From Cladosporium halotolerans (lineage: Eukaryota), in contig NW_027191459.1 of the NCBI RefSeq assembly GCF_011745625.1, positions 310,001 to 374,000 on the forward strand: 64,000 nucleotides of DNA, read 5' to 3'. The notes below the pieces were generated by a model, which was given only the letters and a program-made list of their open reading frames with translations, ran no database searches and was not told the DNA's origin. Shown in pieces: positions 56,895-64,000 of this stretch (position 1 is its first letter; the number at the start of each line of letters is the position of its first letter). A program made the position numbers and the translations under genes.

Positions 56895-59163
56895 ATGGAC
56901 GATACGACCGGTTTAGCCCCCTACGCAGTATGTATCCATCCTACTTGTGGTCCGATGATGCACTCGCTAAACTCGGCAGTGCGACGTGTGTCGCTCGCGA
57001 AAGGTAGGTCTGTGATTACTTTAAGTGGAATAGATCCTGGCGGTACAACCGACTGGAAGGATGTAGAATCCTACCGGACTGGATCCATGAGAAATAGCCA
57101 TTAAGCTCTGATGATCGTTCTTAGGCTTCATGCTCTCGCACACGGCCCGCATGCGGGCGATGTAGCAAAGACGAACTGGCATGTGCCTACTCCCGCTCTG
57201 GTATCATTCGCCGCAAAAGGAGACGAAAGAACGACATCGTGAATGCTGAGCATTCACTTTACAAGCCTGATGGCAACACACCATCCTGTCAGCAATCTAG
57301 AGCACCTAGTGCAAGGGGCATCCAATCCGCTACACCTGAAGTTAGACTTCAGTCTCATCTTTCGAACGATATAGAAACTACTCGTGGCCTTCTCGACGGG
57401 CTCAATGGCAGTCAGAGTAATCCATTAGGTGCCCTTTCGTCACTTCAGGAAGCATGTGCTACAGTTTGGCATAATACACCTGAATTTGACGGATCGCAGA
57501 AAGGATTCTTCTTGTTTGAGGATCGGGCGGAGGCTTGGGCAGACGGTTAGGTCGATCCCATTGAACTTCTAATAAGCAACCGCTAAGATTTCATGACAGT
57601 TTTCGTGGCGACTCTGAGAAAAGGGCATCCTATCTTGGCCTGTAAGCCCAGCGATGGAGTGCTGTACCATCTCAGAGTGTCCCAACCACATCTTGTTCGC
57701 GAGAGGTCATGGCTGGTGATGTACTACAGTATCATCTTGAGCATGATCTCATCCACCACACCAGAGGACAGAAGGACAAAAGACAAACTTAGATGCAACC
57801 TCTGGCTAGCAGTCAACGACGTCAGGATTTTGCTGGAGCCCAGCGAGCCCAACATACAGGCCCTCGCACTTCTCGCGACCCATGTAGAAGAGTTCACTTC
57901 ACCCAGTCTGTGCTGGATGCTCATCTCGACTGCTTGTAGGATGCTGCAGGCACTGGGTATCAACGGCCGCCATCTTTTTCCAGAGATCCGACAGAGACGC
58001 ACCTTGACTTTCTGGTATCTGAATCTCGTTGACAAAGGCCTGTCGATCATATTCGGTCGGCCCCCTACCTTCCATCACGCCATGGCTAGGGAAGTTCCCC
58101 TGCCCTCTGTCGCGCAACTATTGCCGTTCCAACCACACAGTGAGGCTACGCAGAACGAGATCGGATCACGGCCAGGGTCTTTGTTCGGGGCGCATTACAT
58201 ACATCAGATCATGCTGCTGTCATACATCATCGGAGATATCTGGAGTGTTGTGTATGACTGTGCTTCTGCTGATGAACAAACCGTTGGAGTTGTGAGGAAC
58301 GATCTGGAGCAATGGTACCGGACGGCGAGGCCAGTAAGGAAGACCACCTGGGCCCCATGACTGTCATCCGCTAACATCAGCTCGCGCAGCTACTCGACGC
58401 TGCCGCAATGGCTGAGAAGCCTCTACTCGACGCCAAAGAGGTAGCTTCCATTGACCTAGGCATCCGCACGCTAGAGTTCAATCGATTATATCTACTAATC
58501 ACCCTTGCGCGCTCTTCGAGCTTAATGAAAGGCGAGACAATCGACTGGGCGAAACAGATGCTCCACTTGCTTCCAGGCCTTGTGTCTGATTCAGAAGAAG
58601 TGTACAATGGCATCGTGTGGCAACTAGTCTGCTGCCCATTCACGCCCTTCTTGTCGCTCTTCGGCGAGATCCTGGCGCAAAAAGATCGGGTGCCAGGTGG
58701 GAGTGATGAGGCTTTGGCTGCCATGAAGGAGCTTCCGTCGTTCCTGAAGCAAATGGGGCTTCGGAACTCACTCGCAGCCAAGCTTGAGGGTATTGCTAGT
58801 GTGCTTGTGCAGCATGCGGATTCGTTACTCAAGCCGGCCAACGCTATATCGACATCCGAACGACTGCAATCACAATTTGACGGTGTTTCTACCACAAACC
58901 AAGAGGAATCCGCGTTTCATACCACAAGAGAGGTTTTGGACGCAGGAGCAAATGAACTATGGTCCGGACTTGACAATTTCGCATGGGATGCGTTTCTCAA
59001 TCACACCTCTACGTCTTCCTTCGTTCACGAAACTGAAGACCAGCAACTCCTCCACGACACTACTTTGTCACAAGGATTTGAGGATCTTGCACCTTGGGCG
59101 AGCAACTTCCTTGGCGACGCTAACATCGATTGGATAGCGTTCAGCGATACGCTTGCAGGGTAA
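56895..59163 (+). CDS. Zn(II)2Cys6 transcription factor with fungal-specific TF domain; four introns
   Basis: Spliced MDDTTGLAPYA|CDVCRSRK|ASCSRTRPACGRCSKDELAC; NIQALALL, ACRMLQALG, RRTLTFWYL..DKGLSIIFGRP, PFTPF. Confidence 0.87.
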
Positions 59164-59502
59164 TGGTGAGATTGCAGGTTATGGTTCTAGGTGCCTGAGA
59201 GGACGTCTTTAGCAAGTGTTTGGCAAGATTCAATTCAGGGCAGCGATGAGGAGATTATGGAAAAGACACGTGCTGAAGTTGAAGCCAACTGATGGAGAAC
59301 TTTATGGCTAGAATTCCTGACAAACCTCGAGGAGGCGGTACTGGTATCTTATTATCAACGGGTCGCAGGTCTAAGCAAGCGACGTCTATACGTGTTCGGT
59401 GTTTAGGATGGCGCACCCATCCTAGAAAAGAGACAACGAATTCGTGTCCGCAATGCAATGCTCGAAAAGAAAGGGGAAGGAAAATCGTCAGGTTAACGAC
59501 CC

Positions 59503-61061
59503 TCACGCGGCAGCCGGCTTCTCGGCCTCCTTCTTTTCGGCAGTCTCCTTCTCCTTGCCGTGCTTGTGCTTGTGCTTCTCCTTTGTGTCTTTCTCCTTCT
59601 TCGCGGTGGCCTCGGCCATCAGCTGCTCGAACGCCATGAAGTCGCCCTCCTCTTCGGGATCCCTCATAGCCTGTAAGAACGATTAGCACGGTGTTCTCTC
59701 AGTAATGAGCACATGACAGTACATACCTTTGAAAACAGTTCACCAATAACCACAAGAGCGTGCGCACGCTCGATGCGCTTCTCAGTCTTCACCTTCTTGT
59801 CGTACAGGACGTTGTCGCAGACGTCTCTCAGCACGCTCTGGATCTCGTATTTCGAGCCTCTCCAGGCAGCCGCGAGAATCTTGCCAGTGACGCGCTTCTC
59901 GTACTCTGCACGCTTCTCGTCTGTCCATTCCTCGCCGCCCTTCTCTTCCATCTTGGCCATCTCCTCAATCTCCATCTGTGCCTGGATGGCAGTCTGGACG
60001 GTGCCCCAAGTCTCCTTGATGGTGTTACCCTTGTCCTTCAACCTGGAGAAGAAACCAGAGACGCCACCGATGATAGGCTTCTGGCTCTTGAGGTAGGTAG
60101 CAGACTTGGCCAGATAGGTCTGGCCAATGGCGTGCAGGATCTCCAGACCGAAAGACTCCATCTTCAAGTTCTCGACCTCGAGGCGCATCTTCTCCTTGAA
60201 CGCCTCTGTGACGTCCTTGCCCTTATCAGTCTCCGTCCATACGCTGATGCGGTCAATCAATTTCTTGCTAAGAGTCTCCACACGCTCCTCGCGAATGCGT
60301 CGTCGCTCTTCCTCGAAAGCCGCCAGCTCATCTCTCTGCTCTTTGCTGAGGCGTCCAGCCTTCTTCTCCTTCTCGCGAAGCTCCTTCTCCTTATCGGTCA
60401 TTCCAGCTGCAGTGGCAGCAGCTTCCTCCTCTGTCCTGTCTGTGATAGCAAGACGGGTGGGGACACCCTGGGGCCTCTCAGCGGAGTACGGCGACTCAGT
60501 GCCCGAAGTAGGCTGGGGCTTGGAGTCGCGAACAGGAATTTCTTGTGTCGCATCAGCAGTGGCAGACTGGTCAGGCACTTCCTCAGCAACAGTGGTCTTG
60601 GGCGCAGCGGCCTTTTCGGCAGCGTCTGCGGCGCCGGTCTGCTCAGCAGCGAGGTTATCGGCGGCAGCGCTGGCGTCTGCTGCCTTCTCGGCCTCCTCCA
60701 TCTCCTTGGTGGAGATCTCCATGCTCTTGGTCAAGTCCTTCATCAGACTGATCTCGCCAATCCAGTCCTGGAACGCCTCACCGCCGAAGATCATGGTGAA
60801 GAACTCCGACGGATCTTCGAAACCAGAGTCGGGCTTCGCGCCCTCCTTACCCAGCTTGTCATACTGCTTCCTGAGATCTGGGTCGCTAAGGACCTGGTAT
60901 GCCTCTCCCACAGACTGGAACTTCTCATGCGCGGTGGGGTCGTCAGGGTTCTTGTCAGGATGCAGTCTGATGGCTGCCTTGCGGTAGGCCTTTTTGATTT
61001 CGATCTCAGTGGCCTCAGGCGCCACGCCGAGGGCCTCGTAGTATTCGGTGTCGACAACCAT
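59503..61061 (-). CDS. Class C J-domain co-chaperone with DnaJ-X domain (Djp1/Caj1-like); intron 59671-59726
   Basis: [49 protein letters not shown]; spliced tail [16 protein letters not shown]. Confidence 0.93.
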
Positions 61062-61512
61062 TTTGCGCTGTGTTTGTGGAGTTGTGATATCGCGAGAGGG
61101 TTTGAGACCGCGGGGAGGATTATTATGCGCGAAGTGGTGGGTATTGCGGAGATTGTTGCTGTGCTTGGGCTCTCCGATGACGTCCGCGGGTGTGGCGCGG
61201 CGTTGAACGCCTCTTCTTCACAAACGCATGTGATTGCCCCCGGATCAAGCAACGTGCCACAGCAATAGTACGCCAAATCTGAAACCAAGCGATACCCTCT
61301 GATACAGGGCCCATCTGTCACTGTATACCGTGGTCTTGACTTTATCCACGACAGTCAGTCATTGGTGTATCAATCTTATCACACGCAACGAGCATCAAAA
61401 ACGAATCTGACTTCACCTCCTCTGAAGTCTGAATTCGAGCTCGACGACAAGAGCTTTGGCATTTCAACTTTTGCATCTGTGATTACGCAAATGATCTTGT
61501 GATTTCTCGATC

Positions 61513-62984
61513 ATGCCGGCCAAAGACTCCTCGGTTGCGATTGTCGCTCGCTTTCTGAAGTCGAATAATTACAACGAAGTCCGTACAACTCACATAGACC
61601 TTTCCCGCTGAAACCGCTAAGACTCCGCCGTAGTCCTACGATGCCTTCATCAGAGAAGCTGGTTTGCCGCCTGATGCCGGCATAATGTCGAGGGGTGATC
61701 TGACCCTAGAGAAGCTCCTCGAGGAGAAGAAGGCCTTTGATTTGAGCACCCAATTCGAGAAGCTGGGCACAGACGACACCGCGACTGGCTGGACGAAACC
61801 TTGTATGTCGGTCGTGCATGAACACAATGACCTTGACTGATTTTGCCGCAGCGCCGGAGGAAGCTACGGTCGTCAGCGCTTTGCCGTCAAGCTCAAACAT
61901 TCTGAGCGCCACTGTTGAGAAAGTCCTCGTCGAAGGGAATGTCAAAGACTTGCTGTTTGCGACAACAGCGGATCGTCGAGTAAACGTGCTCGATACGCCG
62001 TCACACGCCTTACGATCCTCCACTACTGGGCTTCAGGATTCTCCAATCCTGTCATGCATGATCTTCAGGGAGAAGTACGTGATTCTTGCTGCTATGTCCG
62101 GACAGATAGTCATCGCAGACTTGGCAGGAAACGTCATCGAAAAGCGACGCGACCACACGAAGTACGTCGTCAACATCAAGGTTTCACAGGGGTCAGATAG
62201 GACTTTGCTTGCAACTGCCGCATGGGACAACAAAGTCAACATATACTCTTTGCCGACTTCGGAGCCCCCAATGCTCGGAGAACCGATAGCAACTATCGAC
62301 CTGCCATCGAAACCAGAGAGCATCGTCTTTCTTCAGCATCCTGAGTCGCAGCAGCCGATCTTGCTGGTCAGCCGGACCGACTCTACCCATCTCTACTACT
62401 ACAGCACTGAGAAAGAGCCCAGGCTTCTCGGCCGGCAGAATCTTGCGCCTCATTCTAATGCTTGGGTTGCCTTCACGCCCTCCGCCCTGGCAGTCTGCCC
62501 GACGGATTCCAGCCTCTTAGCATGTGCGACCTCTGCGGTACCGTCGATGAAATTGCTCATCGTCCGCATGCTCATTCCGCCTTGGGACGGCAAAGCAGAG
62601 TCTGCTCCCGCGCCACTGCTTCGTACTTCCCTCTTGGATGACACCCCAGGTGCCACCGAAACACAGGCTTCGCAAGCTCGAGCGGCGCTTGCTCTAGCAG
62701 ACAAAGAGGACGCGGCTATCCAGATCCACTGCACTACTCTTGCGCCGCAGACTGCCTACTCTACTCCCGCTGTCGCTTGGCGACCAGATGGCAGTGGTGT
62801 GTGGGTAAACGGTGACGACGGAGCAATCCGCGGAATCGAGGCTGTGTCGGGCAAGATTGTCGCTACGCTCAAAGGACATGAAGCTGGGAGCAAAGTGAGA
62901 TGCCTGTGGGCTGGCATGGTGGGCGAGGAGGAAAAGCTTGTTAGCGGTGGCTTTGACCAGAAGCTGATTGTTTGGAAGATCTAG
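61513..62984 (+). CDS. LisH plus WD40-repeat protein; introns about 61579-61633 and 61803-61851
   Basis: LisH-like IVARFLKSNNYNE|SYDAFIREAG; WD motifs HTKYV..LATAAWD and GHEAGSKVR..LVSGGFDQKLIVW. Confidence 0.85.
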
Positions 62985-63023
62985 GCAAGGTGATCAGGTA
63001 ATCTAAGATGTATAATAGAGATC

Positions 63024-64000
63024 TCACAGCTTCATATTCCGTCGGCCATCTCCCACCAACCAGACCTGCACGTCAGATGACGACTGATAATCCTTGGGAA
63101 AAAACTCTGGACCGAGCGTCTTCTTCTGGACTTTCCCTGTTCCAGACTTCGGCAACTCGCCTGGAATAACTCGCAGCAACGTTGGCATTTTGTAACCCGC
63201 CAGTCTCGCTCTCAAATCTTGCCGCAATCGCTCAATTGTGAGCCTTTGTAGCGGCTTGTCGGTGTCTTTCGCTCCCTTCAAACACACCGCGGAGGCCACT
63301 CGCTGTCCGAACTCGTGGTCTTCGACTCCAACGACCATCACCTCAGCCACATACGGCAGCGCCATGATTTCTCGTTCTATGTCTAGAGCGCTGATCTTGT
63401 ACCCTCCACTCTTGATAATATCGACGCTCGCTCGGCCAAGAATCCAATAATATCTCCCTTCCCTTCGAGCAATATCCCCCGTCTTGTAGTAGCCCTCTTC
63501 ATCATGGGCTGCAGCCGTGGCAGCGGGGTCGAAGATATACTTCGAAAACATCTCGGGTCCTTTGATAAGAATCTCGCCTTGCATTCCAGTGCCATCCGAG
63601 CCCTCGCCTGTCGTTGACAGCTTGACATCGTAACCCGGAAACTTCGTCCCAACACTACCATCGGGAACATTTGGATCTGACAATGAGACTTTGAACACAG
63701 CGCCGATCTCCGAAGCGCCATAGCGAAGCAGGATTTTCCGTCCAAGAATCCCGGTCCAGAAATCTGCAATAGGTTTGGGCAGAGCGCTCGTACCGCAGAG
63801 ACAGGCTCGCAGCTTCCTTGCTCCCTCGATATACTTCCGCACATCAGTACGGTGAGCGATGGTCCGCTGATAGTACCGCATCATGCGCATATAGATTGTG
63901 GGAACGCCGGAGAAGAATGTCAGGCCGCCTTGCGCCCATCGGTTCCACGTCCATTCCGGGCTGAAGGAGCCGGAGCGGAATTCGATCAGAGCGCCGCTGA
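63024..64000 (-). CDS. AMP-binding acyl-CoA synthetase (ACSF3/malonyl-CoA synthetase-like), 5'-truncated by the window edge
   Basis: FFSGVPTIY, CGTSALP, RYGASE, YYKTGD, GRASVDIIKSGGYKISALDIE, ELPKSGTGKVQK. Confidence 0.9.
   Translation of the reverse strand, partial: SGALIEFRSGSFSPEWTWNRWAQGGLTFFSGVPTIYMRMMRYYQRTIAHRTDVRKYIEGARKLRACLCGTSALPKPIADFWTGILGRKILLRYGASEIGAVFKVSLSDPNVPDGSVGTKFPGYDVKLSTTGEGSDGTGMQGEILIKGPEMFSKYIFDPAATAAAHDEEGYYKTGDIARREGRYYWILGRASVDIIKSGGYKISALDIEREIMALPYVAEVMVVGVEDHEFGQRVASAVCLKGAKDTDKPLQRLTIERLRQDLRARLAGYKMPTLLRVIPGELPKSGTGKVQKKTLGPEFFPKDYQSSSDVQVWLVGDGRRNMKL

Noticed and set aside
59760..61268. 502-aa + strand ORF
   Set aside because: Antisense shadow of the J-domain gene caused by high-GC3 codon bias; no recognisable motifs.
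41050..64000. PAL, TFs, monooxygenase and acyl-CoA synthetase as one secondary-metabolite cluster
   Set aside because: Spread over more than 20 kb, separated by housekeeping genes (PDE2, J protein, WD40), with no backbone synthase in the window.

Overview
Eukaryotic DNA from a filamentous ascomycete (probably Dothideomycetes; taxonomy is inferred, not searched). The window is gene-dense, with about 25 protein-coding genes and short GT-AG introns carrying CTRAC/CTAAT branch points. Housekeeping genes: RIO2, RPN1, EXO84, TOM20, inositol polyphosphate multikinase, PBR1-like SDR, PDE2, DJP1/CAJ1-type J protein, LisH-WD40 protein. Also a YVC1/TRPY1-like channel, three transcription factors, an MFS transporter, a family III CoA-transferase, a PAL/TAL ammonia-lyase, a TetX-like flavin monooxygenase and a partial acyl-CoA synthetase. 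Best finding: a [D1,2] spliceosomal twin intron (stwintron) at 13225-13340 in the channel gene. Only nested two-step splicing gives an open frame, and automated annotation would likely miss it. Other signals: recurrent C/A-rich to G/T-rich strand-composition switches independent of gene orientation, a tandemly duplicated intron, a probable unannotated spliced transcript near 25.4-25.8 kb, and gene-fragment debris at 28.8-31.9 kb. No transposase, rRNA, tRNA or CRISPR array was recognised. All gene models and family calls were made by eye.
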